The translations under genes and the position numbers were made by a program. Shown here one piece after another: positions 17,447-27,595 of a DNA stretch of 61,688 bases. Under the pieces are notes generated by a model that was not told where the DNA came from, ran no database searches, and was given only the letters and a program-made list of their open reading frames with translations. Source of the stretch: a virus (taxonomy: Duplodnaviria; Caudoviricetes); the IMG/VR virus record IMGVR_UViG_3300012894_000058, positions 1 to 61,688 of that record; one strand, given 5' to 3'. Positions within the stretch are counted from its first letter, which is position 1, and each line of letters opens with the position of its first letter.

Positions 17447-20400
17447 TCACCTCCCGCTGAGCGTGCCGAGTCCGCTGCTGCTGCCACCGCGCGCCATGGC
17501 ATCCAGCCGGGCTTCGAGCCGCGCCACAGTGCCGTCAAACCGCACCGTGCTGCCGTCGAATCGTCTGGTCGAGATGTCGTAGAGCTGGGCCGCTGAGACC
17601 TGCAGGTTGCCTGCCGCCAGGTGCTGCTGGGCTGACTCGATCAGCCCGGTCGGCACAGCGAACCCGACGCTGCTGGGCGTGCTGCCGAACGTACTGGAAG
17701 AGGCATTGCTGCCGCTGCTGTTGCTGTCTGCGTTGCTGCCGTACCCGGGCAGGCTCGGGGCGATGGCCTGATAACTGCTGGTCACACGGCCTTCCTCTGA
17801 CCGAATATTGGCCAGATCAGCCGTGGTGTCCTTGCCGGCCGCGCTGTCATCAGCAAACTGCTGGATGTACTTGCTGAGGTTCGACTTCGCAATGATGGCC
17901 CGCAGCGCGTACGTCTGGATCAGCTTGTTCATCTGCTTGTCGAGCGCATCACCCACGCCGCTGAAGTCGGCGTTGTCGGTGGCATCGATCAGCACGCTTT
18001 CAAGCGTCCCGTTGATGCTCTGGGCGAAGTCGCTGAAGATGTTCGAGGCCTTCACCAGCGCATCTGAAGCGGCCTTGTCGAGTGTCTCGGGTGCACCTCC
18101 AAATAGTGACCAGCCGAGCCGCTGCCAGAAGCCCGCGTTGGCCTTCGTGGTCAAGGCCTCGGAATCCTGCTTCAGCCGGTCGTAGTAAGGGTTGGCGATG
18201 TTGCCGTAGGTCTTGCTGCCCATCGCCTGCTGCTCGGCCGAGGCCTGCTCGAGCGTGTTCTTCTTCCACAGCTGGTAGCCCGGGTCGAGGGCCATGATCG
18301 CGTCGCCCAGACTGAGCACAGCCCCGATGGTGGACTCGACCCCACCCACAATGTCGCCGGAGGCGAACTTGCCGAAGGCATCGATACCGCTGTTGACCGT
18401 GTTGAACAGACTGCTGATCCCCTGCTGCTGTTCGGAACTGGCCCCAAACGCCGAGAAGATCGAACTGAGCACCTGTTGGACGCCCTGCACATCCGACTTG
18501 AACTTCTCCAGTTCGGAGTGCTGGAGGTTGATTCGGTCGCTCACTCCCTTCTCGCTGAGAGCTGTCAGGGTGGCCTGCAGCTGGGCGTACGCCGTCGCCT
18601 CGTCTTGATGGTCGGCTACCGCGTCCGAGTAGGCCGCGAAGGCGGCAATCTTGGCGAGCTGCTGCCGCTGGGCGAGGTAGGCCCGTTCGCTGATCAACCC
18701 CTGGTTGTGCCGCTCTTCCAGGCTGTTGCTCTGACTGCCCGCTTGAATGTCGCGGATGCTCCGGGCGCTTTGGGTGGCGTCCTTCTGCTTGCTGTCAATC
18801 TCGGCCAGGATCAACGGCAAGCGCACGAGGTCTTTCAGGCCCCGTGCCCGCGCCGCTTGGTTCTGTAGCTCCTCTATGGTGTTGAGCTTGAGCCCATCGG
18901 TGTAGACCTTCTGAGCCTCTGTGACCTGGAAGGCCGCATAAGCCTTGTCCCGCTCGGTCGGGTCGTTCAGGCGGGCCTCGACACCAGGATCCACCCAGGA
19001 TGTGCCGTCCGGGTTCAGCTTGGGCTTCACCCGAGTCGGAAGCGGCGCGGCCTCTCCGGACGCCGTGGGCATACCGTTGCCTTGCCTGCGGTTGTTCAGG
19101 CCCACCGTGTCCGATGGGTCAAGCTGGCCCCGGCCGAGAGAAGGCTCAGCCAGTGGGAAGTCGAGCGCCTGCTGAATGCGGTCAAGCCGCACCTGCTCAG
19201 CTGTGGCTCTCTGCTCTGCCCCATCCACCCAGGCCGTGACCGCCTCCCGTCCGGCATCGCCGAGCGAGCCGGTCACGACTGAGTCAGTCCCGAAGCCCTC
19301 GGTCATCTTGAGAATGGCTTTCCGCAGAGGATCACTGGTGCTCGGGTCTTCGATCTTGGTCTGAATGGCCGCCAGCTGCTCGTCGATACTGCCGTCGAGG
19401 TTGCCCAGGAACTCTTGGGCCTGCTGTTCGGTGGCCTGATCACCCGTCAGCCCACTGAGGGCCGCCCGGAGCTTGTCCACCGACTCAGCCGACGCCTCAC
19501 CCCGCGCCGCCGAGTCCATCAGGCCGGAGAGCACACCGGTCAGCAGATCAATGGCCGGTCCGCGCTGCCCAACGCTGTTCAAGCTGTCAGCCACTGCCAG
19601 GGCGCTGTCTGCGGCCTCGCTGTTGCCGCTGACCATGCCCTGCAGGCGCTGAGCCGTGAGGTAGGCCGCCTGCCCCTGTCCGATCAGCGCGAAGGTGGCC
19701 GCCCTGGCGCCCGCGACGTGCTTCTCGGTGGTCAGGCCAAGCTTACCCGTCTCGACCCCCAACAGATTGAACTGGTGAGTCAGCTCCTGCTGGGTGGCCG
19801 CGTCGAGGGTGCCGGCCGCCACGTGCTCACGCAGCTTGTCGGCCAGGGTCGAGTAGGCATCGCGCTGCTTGACCACAGCATCGGTCTGTTTCTGAGTCGC
19901 CGTATCCACCGGCTCGGTGTCCCGGGCCGCTGCGAGGGCAGCGTCCCGCTTCTGCTTGGCGAGGATCAGTCGCCCATCCTTCAACTGGGCCGGGCCGCTG
20001 TCGGCCTCGGCTTTGTCGATCTTGTATTGGGCCTGCGCGATGGCCTCTGCACCTTTTTGGAGGTCGGAAGCAAAGCGCTTCTGCACCGCAAGTTGCTTGG
20101 AGACGTTGTCGCCAGCGTCTTTCACAGCGGCGTCACGCATCCGCTTCAACTCGTCGTAGTGCCCCTGCGCTTTCTGGACGTCTTGAGTTCGGAGCGCTTG
20201 AGTGATGCCTTGCGACTCCTTTAAGGCCTTGTCCCGCTCTGCTTGGGCCTTTTTCTCGTCTTGATCCGCTTGGGCCTGATTCTGCTTCCGCGCCGTATAG
20301 GCCGCCTGTTCCAGTTCGACGACAGAAGCACGGGCCTTGCTGTCCTTGACATAGGCCGCCAGGGCAGCGTCTGCACTGGCTTTCCGGGTCGCATCTCCGC

Positions 20401-23400
20401 TCTTCTGTGCGGCCTCCTGATCTTTGATCAGCTTCAGGGCATCGTCGCCGTACTTTCGGATCTCCGAAGTATTGGCGATGTACTGACCGCTATTTGATTT
20501 GGTCTGTGTGCCCTGCACCGACTGCACCGCGCGTGCATTGCTAAACGAGGCGTCAGAGTATCGCTTGAGCGCCGAGGTAGCCGCGTCCAGGGCTTTCGGA
20601 TCGCTCTTCTCTCTGGCCCTGTCCACTGCTGCCACAAGACGCTGAGCGGCGCCGATCTGCTCGGCCGTGATCGGTCTGAGGTCGTCTACCGCCTTCTTCG
20701 CATCATCTCGAATGCTCTGCCAGAGTTCCTTGTGAGCTTTCTTGAAGGCGTTGATCGCCTTGATCGTCGCCACACTGTGATCACCAGCAGCGTAGGCGTC
20801 GAACAGCTTCTGGCCCATCGCCCGCATCTCGGCCTCGGTAGTGCCACTACCGGATGTTCCGGTGCCATACCCAAAATCTGCAAAGTAGTTGGCACGATGT
20901 GCCTGAAATTGAGGCGACTTCACCGCCTCGCCGCGATCAATCACGCCGTCGTGGTTGCTGTCCCACACAGCATTGTCGGCATATGCCTTAGACCCACGCT
21001 TGTACCCGCTTCCTGTGACTGAACTGTAGAGGTCGCCCAGGCCAGCGCCAGGCTTGAAATCAGAGCGGGCCCGGAAGTACTTGACTACGTACTCCATCTG
21101 CTGCTCAAAGGTCATCCCAGCGAGTGCGGTGGTCGTTGTACCCAGCCCTTTCGCTGTGCCGTCCATGAACTGAATCAAGCCCGTAGCGCTGCTCTTAGGG
21201 TTCCTGGCAGCAGGATCAAACGTACCACCAGTTTCAAAGCTGATGATGGCCGCCAAGTCGTTCGGGTTTACGCCCAATTCCTGCGCCGCCCGGAGAATGG
21301 CCGACCCTTTCTCCGGCGTGAACCCCCGGCTCGGCGTACCTGCTGCAGCCTGCTGTGCCGGGTTGAGTGGCCCGATGAACTGGCTCCCGCCTGGTTGCTG
21401 CGTCTGCTGCAACCTGAACTTCTCCAGTTCTCGAACATAGCTCGTGTAGCGGCCTTGCTCATCACTGGCAAGACCACCGTTCTGAGCTTTGTCACTCAGA
21501 TACTTGATGTTATCCACCAGCATCTTGATCCGCGCTTGGTCTTTCTCTCCAAACTTGGTCAAGTCAATACCACTGATGCCAACAAAACTGCGCAATTCCT
21601 CGCTCACGCCTCGGAGATTGTCAGCCCAGTCTTTTGCGCCGTGTGCCGCTTTGGTCAGGAAGTCCAGAACGATGTTGTAGGCGGGGGCGCTGGACTCACC
21701 GAAGCTCTGGGCCGCCGCTGTCCAGGCGTTCTTGAGTTCGACGGTACGGTCGACACTGTTCTGGGTCGCCTTCTCAACACGATCCTGAAGGGCCGCTGCA
21801 TTTTTCGTGCTGTCTGAGGAAGCGTCAAGCGCCACTTTCAGCAGGTTGTGGCCGACCGTCAGCTGGTCGACGAGGCGAATATCGCGCACGTTCTTCAGCC
21901 CCAAGCTGTCCAGGGTGGCCGTCATATCCTCGCCACTCTCGTGGGCACGGGCCAACCCGTCAGCGAGCATCTGGAACGCCTGCCCAGGGTGGTTCCTGAC
22001 CAGATCCTTGAATTGCCCGGCGGTGATGCCCATAACCCGGCTAAACGCTTCGGCCCGCACGCTCACCTGACCGTTGAACAGGTTCGCCAATTCATCGGCC
22101 GAGATGCCCGCGGCGCCGGCCATGTCGGTGAGCGCCTTCTGGTTGCCGCCCGCCGCACGGTTCATTGCCATGAGCACACGAATCACCGCGCCGCCGCCCG
22201 CTTCCGCGTTCGCGCCAAGGCCGGAGAGCGCACCCGAAACACCGATGATGTCTTTCCGGCTAAGGTTCAGCACCACCGAGCCCGACGCCATGTACTTCGT
22301 CAGGTTCAGCACGCTGTTGATCGAACCGGGAGTCACAGTGTCCACGGCAGCCAGCGTCGCCACGACCTCTTTCATGTCGGCATTGAAGGTCTTCGCCGTG
22401 CTGCCGGTCTCGTTCAGAAATTTGGCGAGATCTTCCGACATCTGGCCCATGTCCTGGAAGCTCTTGTTGTTCGTGCGGGTCGCCACGCCCAGCTCGGCGA
22501 TGGACTTCGTGAAGTCCTGAATGTTAGGCACGCCCTGCACGCCCATGAGGACGGCATTGCGAGCAATGCCAGTCAGCTGCTCGGTGGTGACCGGCAGCTC
22601 GGTGCTGAGCTTCTGAAAGCTGTCGCCCAGCGCCTGCATGTCCTGACCACTGAGGTCCTGAGCCACGCTGGAAATACCCTGCAAGCCCTGCTCGAAGGCA
22701 CCGAACGCCTGCGAGGTCTCGACGAACGTCTTGCCCAGAGCGAAGACCGCGAGCCCGGCCGCGCCCAGGGCGATGCCCATCACGCCGGAGGTGCTGGCGA
22801 TCTGCTGGAAAGCCGAGGCAGCACCGAGGCTCTGCCCGATCAGGCCCGGCATGAACATGCTGAGCTGCTGAGCCCCACTCAGGGCGTTCTGGAAATTGCC
22901 GCTGATGCCAAGCCGGTTCACGCCCCCGGCGAGCGTGTTCTGTTCGCGCGCCAGGCGCGCTTCCATATCGGCCATCGCCTTGAGCTGCGTGGTGGTGGCC
23001 TCGCCACTCGATTTCAGCTGGGTCAGAGCCTGCGAGACACCGGTGATGCTCCGCTGATACGCCAGGGCGGCGTCACGCTGCTCCCGCCAGGTCGTGGCCT
23101 CACCGCTGGCCTTATCGAACTGAGCGCGGGTCTGGGCATAGGTCAGTCGAATCCCGTCGAGGGCCTGCCGGGTCCGCTCGGCGCCAGCCGTGAATGCGGA
23201 CGCACTGGCCTTCGCAGCATCGGTGATCGCTTGATTTGCGGCCTTCTCTGCAGCGACACGCTGGGCCGAGAGCTGCATGTTCAGGGCCATCGTGGCGCGG
23301 TAGTTCCGCATCTTCTCGGCTTCGACCTGGGCGGCCTGGGTCATGCCTTCCCGCTCGAGGCGCATGTTGAGCAGCAGGTTGCCCCGGTACTCGTTCATGC

Positions 23401-23740
23401 GCTGGGATTCCAGGCGCGAGTTCAAGCTCAAGGTGTTGCGGTAGTTCGTCGCATCGTTGATGCGTGCTCTGGCCGCACCGCTCTCTGCCGCCGCATTCTC
23501 CTGCGAGGCCCGGCGCTGCCCACTGAGAGCAGCCGTGAGCTGATTAATGGCCGTGATCTGCTCGCGCGTGGCGAGAGTGCTGGCCTCGATGGCCGCCTGT
23601 TGTGCCTGACCGAAGCCCACATCAGCCTTGAAGCCGCTCTGGATCTGCTTGAGCTGGGCCAGCTCATTTCTGAACATCTGGAGGTCGGACAGACCAGCAA
23701 CTTTCGCCTGCAAAAGGTATGAGACCGTCATGTCGGACAT
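17447..23740 (-). CDS. Tape measure protein with internal lytic transglycosylase domain
   Basis: About 2100 aa, Ala/Gln-rich helical; AAIISFETGGTFDPAARNPKSSATGLIQFM; GGGAGG RBS before MSDMTV. Confidence 0.92.
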   Translation of the reverse strand: MSDMTVSYLLQAKVAGLSDLQMFRNELAQLKQIQSGFKADVGFGQAQQAAIEASTLATREQITAINQLTAALSGQRRASQENAAAESGAARARINDATNYRNTLSLNSRLESQRMNEYRGNLLLNMRLEREGMTQAAQVEAEKMRNYRATMALNMQLSAQRVAAEKAANQAITDAAKASASAFTAGAERTRQALDGIRLTYAQTRAQFDKASGEATTWREQRDAALAYQRSITGVSQALTQLKSSGEATTTQLKAMADMEARLAREQNTLAGGVNRLGISGNFQNALSGAQQLSMFMPGLIGQSLGAASAFQQIASTSGVMGIALGAAGLAVFALGKTFVETSQAFGAFEQGLQGISSVAQDLSGQDMQALGDSFQKLSTELPVTTEQLTGIARNAVLMGVQGVPNIQDFTKSIAELGVATRTNNKSFQDMGQMSEDLAKFLNETGSTAKTFNADMKEVVATLAAVDTVTPGSINSVLNLTKYMASGSVVLNLSRKDIIGVSGALSGLGANAEAGGGAVIRVLMAMNRAAGGNQKALTDMAGAAGISADELANLFNGQVSVRAEAFSRVMGITAGQFKDLVRNHPGQAFQMLADGLARAHESGEDMTATLDSLGLKNVRDIRLVDQLTVGHNLLKVALDASSDSTKNAAALQDRVEKATQNSVDRTVELKNAWTAAAQSFGESSAPAYNIVLDFLTKAAHGAKDWADNLRGVSEELRSFVGISGIDLTKFGEKDQARIKMLVDNIKYLSDKAQNGGLASDEQGRYTSYVRELEKFRLQQTQQPGGSQFIGPLNPAQQAAAGTPSRGFTPEKGSAILRAAQELGVNPNDLAAIISFETGGTFDPAARNPKSSATGLIQFMDGTAKGLGTTTTALAGMTFEQQMEYVVKYFRARSDFKPGAGLGDLYSSVTGSGYKRGSKAYADNAVWDSNHDGVIDRGEAVKSPQFQAHRANYFADFGYGTGTSGSGTTEAEMRAMGQKLFDAYAAGDHSVATIKAINAFKKAHKELWQSIRDDAKKAVDDLRPITAEQIGAAQRLVAAVDRAREKSDPKALDAATSALKRYSDASFSNARAVQSVQGTQTKSNSGQYIANTSEIRKYGDDALKLIKDQEAAQKSGDATRKASADAALAAYVKDSKARASVVELEQAAYTARKQNQAQADQDEKKAQAERDKALKESQGITQALRTQDVQKAQGHYDELKRMRDAAVKDAGDNVSKQLAVQKRFASDLQKGAEAIAQAQYKIDKAEADSGPAQLKDGRLILAKQKRDAALAAARDTEPVDTATQKQTDAVVKQRDAYSTLADKLREHVAAGTLDAATQQELTHQFNLLGVETGKLGLTTEKHVAGARAATFALIGQGQAAYLTAQRLQGMVSGNSEAADSALAVADSLNSVGQRGPAIDLLTGVLSGLMDSAARGEASAESVDKLRAALSGLTGDQATEQQAQEFLGNLDGSIDEQLAAIQTKIEDPSTSDPLRKAILKMTEGFGTDSVVTGSLGDAGREAVTAWVDGAEQRATAEQVRLDRIQQALDFPLAEPSLGRGQLDPSDTVGLNNRRQGNGMPTASGEAAPLPTRVKPKLNPDGTSWVDPGVEARLNDPTERDKAYAAFQVTEAQKVYTDGLKLNTIEELQNQAARARGLKDLVRLPLILAEIDSKQKDATQSARSIRDIQAGSQSNSLEERHNQGLISERAYLAQRQQLAKIAAFAAYSDAVADHQDEATAYAQLQATLTALSEKGVSDRINLQHSELEKFKSDVQGVQQVLSSIFSAFGASSEQQQGISSLFNTVNSGIDAFGKFASGDIVGGVESTIGAVLSLGDAIMALDPGYQLWKKNTLEQASAEQQAMGSKTYGNIANPYYDRLKQDSEALTTKANAGFWQRLGWSLFGGAPETLDKAASDALVKASNIFSDFAQSINGTLESVLIDATDNADFSGVGDALDKQMNKLIQTYALRAIIAKSNLSKYIQQFADDSAAGKDTTADLANIRSEEGRVTSSYQAIAPSLPGYGSNADSNSSGSNASSSTFGSTPSSVGFAVPTGLIESAQQHLAAGNLQVSAAQLYDISTRRFDGSTVRFDGTVARLEARLDAMARGGSSSGLGTLSGR

Positions 23741-23763
23741 GGATTCACCTCCCGCGTTCCATG

Positions 23764-23790
23764 AAAAAACCCCAGGCAACTGCGCTGGGG
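23764..23790 (-). terminator. Intrinsic terminator just upstream of tape measure gene
   Basis: Minus strand CCCCAGCGCAGTTGCCTGGGG-TTTTTT. Confidence 0.7.
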
Positions 23791-23908
23791 CGGGTGGATT
23801 GAAAAGCTACTCAAGGGCCAGGGTGGATGCTTCATAGAAACTCCAATGACGAAGCCCCAGACATCGCTGCTGGGGCTTTCAAATGGTTCCGTTACCTGTT
23901 TCTGCATG

Positions 23909-24187
23909 TCATTTCTTGAGCGGCGTTAATGTCCAAATCCAGTCTGTGTAATCAGAGTGTTTCACAGCATGACACTCGAAAAACGCGCCGTCAGCAAATT
24001 CCAGAGATTTGGATCTCGATCTCTTGGGTATGAGGTAGCCGTGGCGGGCTTCAATGTGCAGAATCATCGGGATGTAACGCTGATCAATCTTGACATTACC
24101 TGTGACGCCACGAAGTCTGAACACTTCAGTTTGTCCCTCTTGCATGACCTCAATCCTTGCTTTCGTCTTCGGGTCAAGGTCGGTCAT
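23909..24187 (-). CDS. Hypothetical protein (moron)
   Basis: 92 aa from MTDLDPK, flanked by hairpins. Confidence 0.6.
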   Translation of the reverse strand: MTDLDPKTKARIEVMQEGQTEVFRLRGVTGNVKIDQRYIPMILHIEARHGYLIPKRSRSKSLEFADGAFFECHAVKHSDYTDWIWTLTPLKK

Positions 24188-24222
24188 GCCCAAGCATAAG
24201 CCCCGGCGAACCGGGGCGACTC

Positions 24223-25149
24223 TCAATCTGCAGCTTGCTGATCAGGCGGGCTGAACTTGTCAGGCATGAACTCCCAGGGTAAGCGAGCACTCTTGGACAA
24301 ATTGCAAAATGCGCAAGATAAAACAAGATTTTCTGGGAAGTTACTGCCACCTTTTGCTAAAGGAATAAAGTGATCAACGTGCCAACTTACACCCCGGCTT
24401 ATCTTGCATTCACAGTAAAAACATTTAGCGTTTTGTCGTCTGAAAAGCTCATTAACGTCTTTGTTGTTAAATTCTCCCGGAGCCTGAAGTCGCTTAGCTT
24501 TTGATTTGGCATTTTGAGCACGGGAGGCACCTGGATTTTTAGCTCTCCATTTCCTTGCGTATTCACTAGCCTTATCTCTAAATAATGGGTCAGTAGCCAA
24601 CTTTTTTGCTCTAAATTTTCTACATCTTTCTAATCCTTGTTCTCTATTGGCTTTCTGATACTGACTCTGCTTAATTTTATGATTAGGATCAGCCTTTCTT
24701 TGCTCAACCTGTTTTTTTATATGACTTTTATAATTTGGAGAATTTTTCCTCTTTTCGACCCTCTCTCTTTTTTGTTCTAGGGTTAGACTGGCATAGCGGA
24801 TTCTTGATCTTTCTCTGTGACTTTCTCTTCTACTACTTGTGGAAGCTGACTGACTTTTCTTCAGCTTCCTCCTATCGTCAGAATAATATTCTCTTTCTGC
24901 TGCCTGTTTACATTCGCGGCAGCGAGCATGGAAACTGCCCGATATGCCCTTTCTGGGCACAAAAAACTGATTGTTAAGAGGCATGCACTTGTCACATTTT
25001 GTGCAAAATTTCATCCCGGCTGGAGCAATTTGCTCCTTCTTCTTCTCGCGCAAAGCAACACACTGAATACAAGTAATATTTGTACTACTTTTGTAGAATT
25101 TTCTACTAGCAGGCTTTTCTATTCCGCATGCTTTGCATACCCTAGGCAT
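24223..25149 (-). CDS. HNH endonuclease with N-terminal CxxC zinc fingers
   Basis: CFYC...HVDHFIPLAKGGSNFPENLVLSCAFCNLSK; AT-rich. Confidence 0.9.
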   Translation of the reverse strand: MPRVCKACGIEKPASRKFYKSSTNITCIQCVALREKKKEQIAPAGMKFCTKCDKCMPLNNQFFVPRKGISGSFHARCRECKQAAEREYYSDDRRKLKKSQSASTSSRRESHRERSRIRYASLTLEQKRERVEKRKNSPNYKSHIKKQVEQRKADPNHKIKQSQYQKANREQGLERCRKFRAKKLATDPLFRDKASEYARKWRAKNPGASRAQNAKSKAKRLQAPGEFNNKDVNELFRRQNAKCFYCECKISRGVSWHVDHFIPLAKGGSNFPENLVLSCAFCNLSKSARLPWEFMPDKFSPPDQQAAD

Positions 25150-25471
25150 CCCGTCCACCTCCTTCTTTGAAGCGCTCCGGCATGAACTCGTGCGGCATGG
25201 CGCTGGCCTTGCGCCGGTTGCATTCGGGGCAGGCGATCACGATGTTTGTCGCCCAGTTGGAACCACCTCGGCTGAGCGGCACAAAGTGCTCGACCTGATA
25301 TTTGTTCCGGCCGCTGAAGAACAGCGGCACCTTGCAGTAATGGCAGAGATGCCCTTGCTTGCCAAGCCGTGCCAGCACGTCGTACTTGTCAAAACTACCG
25401 GGGGCGGCCACGGCGATGGCCCTTCTCTTATGGGTCGCCTTCACCTTGTCTCTGAAGCTGTAGCCCTGCAT
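25142..25471 (-). CDS. Small HNH endonuclease
   Basis: CHYC...VEHFVPLSRGGSNWATNIVIACPECNRRK. Confidence 0.85.
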   Translation of the reverse strand: MQGYSFRDKVKATHKRRAIAVAAPGSFDKYDVLARLGKQGHLCHYCKVPLFFSGRNKYQVEHFVPLSRGGSNWATNIVIACPECNRRKASAMPHEFMPERFKEGGGRDA

Positions 25472-26412
25472 CAGTTCAGCGCCTCGACGGTGATGGTGCG
25501 CTCCGGCTGGGCGGGTTCGCCGTGCAACCACTTGCCGAGCATCTCGTGCGCGTAGTAGGCCAGCAGCTTGAGTTGCATCAGGTCTGAGCCCCGGTGTTCG
25601 AGGAGTTCCGGCCCGTCCTTGTCGAACTTGAGCAGGGTGTCGAGGATTTTTCGCAGCGCGTCCAGCCGGGGCGGGATGTTCGGGTCAGCGCCGGGCCGAT
25701 AGCCGTCAGGCAGGTCAATCACGGGCCGGGCCACTGGCACTGGCGGCGCTCCAATGATCAGCCCGAACTCGGTGTCAGGCCGAGCTGGAGTGAGCTGCTG
25801 AGGCGCTACGGTGTCAACCACTGGTTGACGTTCGAGAAGAGGTGGCGTGGCCTGTTCCTGAGCCTCCTGGGCCAGCGCCTCAGCCTCAGCCGGACGCTTG
25901 CCGATGTTTCCGGTCTGCTGAGTGAAGGTCGCCCCACCGCGCTGAACGGTACGTTCCGTGGGCGCATCTATAACATTGTTAGAGATAAGCTCCTTCCGCA
26001 ACCGCCCTACCGTCATCGCCGAAACGTTTGCCCTTCGGGCTATCTCAGCGTCTACCCATCCTCCCCACTCCTGATCTTTCAGCAGCGTCTCGACGGCGCG
26101 GCGCTTGTCGGCATTGGTGCGCCGCAGCCCGTGGCTGGCATTGGCCCCGACAGCGAAGAGGATGGCGTCCCGTTTCGTGCCCTCCCGCACGTCAGCCTCA
26201 ACTTCCCGGATGCTCAGGTTCTTATACGCCTTGAGCCGGTGAAAGCCGTCAGCGAGCCACAAGGTCGAGTCTTCCTGAAAGACCGCCAGGGCCGGGAGAG
26301 TGCCGCCCTCTTTCACCACCTCCTGATAGTCCTTGAGCACGTCTTCGTTGTAGGGGCCGACGCGCATCTGTGTGCCGCCGTCCGTTCTGATCAGGTCAGT
26401 TCTGAGTTTCAT
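25471..26412 (-). CDS. ParB/Srx N-terminal domain protein with HTH
   Basis: LADGFHRLKAY, N..HGL, DAEIARRANVSAMTVGRLRK. Confidence 0.85.
   Translation of the reverse strand: MKLRTDLIRTDGGTQMRVGPYNEDVLKDYQEVVKEGGTLPALAVFQEDSTLWLADGFHRLKAYKNLSIREVEADVREGTKRDAILFAVGANASHGLRRTNADKRRAVETLLKDQEWGGWVDAEIARRANVSAMTVGRLRKELISNNVIDAPTERTVQRGGATFTQQTGNIGKRPAEAEALAQEAQEQATPPLLERQPVVDTVAPQQLTPARPDTEFGLIIGAPPVPVARPVIDLPDGYRPGADPNIPPRLDALRKILDTLLKFDKDGPELLEHRGSDLMQLKLLAYYAHEMLGKWLHGEPAQPERTITVEALN
25813..25829. promoter_or_regulatory. 17-bp palindrome, copy 3 (intragenic)
   Basis: GTCAACCACTGGTTGAC; 25811-25833 identical to 48782-48804. Confidence 0.65.
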
Positions 26413-26941
26413 TGGGCAGTGCCTCCGGGCTGAAGTCAAAGCGGAAGAGGGGCACGCGCAGGTCTTCTTCCTGCTCGGTGCCGTGGTAGCGGGAGACGTT
26501 CAGGTACAGCCGGGCACGTTTGCTGCGCGTGCTGAGGTCTTTGACGGTGCGGGCGTACTTGCGGGTGGCCTCGACGTGATTCAAGAGCCGCCACTTCTCG
26601 TTGCGCTGGAAGAAGGTGACGTGCAAGCCGAACACGTCGAAAATCACGAACTCGGCGCGGTTCATGGCGCGGCGGGCAGCGGTAGTCGAGATGCCGAGGT
26701 GGCTGGCGAGCGTGTCGGGGTCGAGGCCGTTCTGAAGGCCGCGCTGTTCGAGCAGTTCCAGTGCAGTCAGCCAGCGGGTGCTGCGCTTCTGCTGGCTGAC
26801 TCTCAGGCCTTTGACCGTTTCAGTGAGCTGCTTGTCGCGCATTAGGGTCATGACTTTTCCGATGGAGATCAGGGCGTGCGGGTTGAACAGAACGAGGCGG
26901 CGGCCACGGCGCTGCGGGAGCAGATCGTCACTCTTGGGCAT
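26396..26941 (-). CDS. Hypothetical protein with possible HTH
   Basis: DTLASHLGISTTAARRAM; GGAGA RBS. Confidence 0.65.
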   Translation of the reverse strand: MPKSDDLLPQRRGRRLVLFNPHALISIGKVMTLMRDKQLTETVKGLRVSQQKRSTRWLTALELLEQRGLQNGLDPDTLASHLGISTTAARRAMNRAEFVIFDVFGLHVTFFQRNEKWRLLNHVEATRKYARTVKDLSTRSKRARLYLNVSRYHGTEQEEDLRVPLFRFDFSPEALPNETQN

Positions 26942-26998
26942 GGTGTTCTCCGAAGGTCAGCGCCCGCTGGTGAGAGCGGGCACCGAAGAGGCGATTAC

Positions 26999-27595
26999 TC
27001 AGGCTGCGAGGGGGTGAAGGACTTGAACCTCCTCCAGATCAGGCAGCGGGGCCAGCCAGCCCAGCGCACGCAAGGCCGCGTACCCGGTGGGCGTGTGATC
27101 GACCCGGAAGGTGGCGACATACTCAGTGCCCCCTTCCTCCTGCTGAATCGCTACTCGGATGGGGAAGCGAGTGAACTGGTCACGGGGAAGATCGGCAGCG
27201 TCAACGAAGTTCACGGTCACTTCCCCGGTGAACTGGCCGGAGCACCGCTGCCCTGTGCGCCCGACATATTTCAGAGCGAGCCCACCGTCTGTCCAGTTGG
27301 CCTCAGTGATGCTCGGCAGGCACATCAGGTACTTGTCGAAGCGGGCCTCCTCGCTGTCGGGGTCGCCGCCATAGAGGCCGAGCCAGACTGTGGCCTGCCA
27401 GATCAGGTGCGGTGAGGGAATGGAGTAGAGGGGGCCTCCGTTCTGCCAATCAGTGAGTAACACGCCGTCAGGGGACATGGAGGTGCCGTCGCGGGCCGTG
27501 ACCGTCAGCACCTCCCCGCTTTCGAGCGTGAGGGTCACAGTGTCCTGTCCTGCCGCCGTCACCCCCTTCACCTGGGGGAGATTGGCCCGGCTCAC
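26999..27595 (-). CDS. Hypothetical protein
   Basis: 198 aa, GTGA overlap with upstream gene. Confidence 0.65.
   Translation of the reverse strand: MSRANLPQVKGVTAAGQDTVTLTLESGEVLTVTARDGTSMSPDGVLLTDWQNGGPLYSIPSPHLIWQATVWLGLYGGDPDSEEARFDKYLMCLPSITEANWTDGGLALKYVGRTGQRCSGQFTGEVTVNFVDAADLPRDQFTRFPIRVAIQQEEGGTEYVATFRVDHTPTGYAALRALGWLAPLPDLEEVQVLHPLAA

Noticed and set aside
21848-23722. 624-aa plus-strand ORF
   Set aside because: Antisense shadow of the GC-rich tape measure gene; no motifs
25471-26412. Plasmid-prophage partition system
   Set aside because: No ParA, and a probable integrase is present
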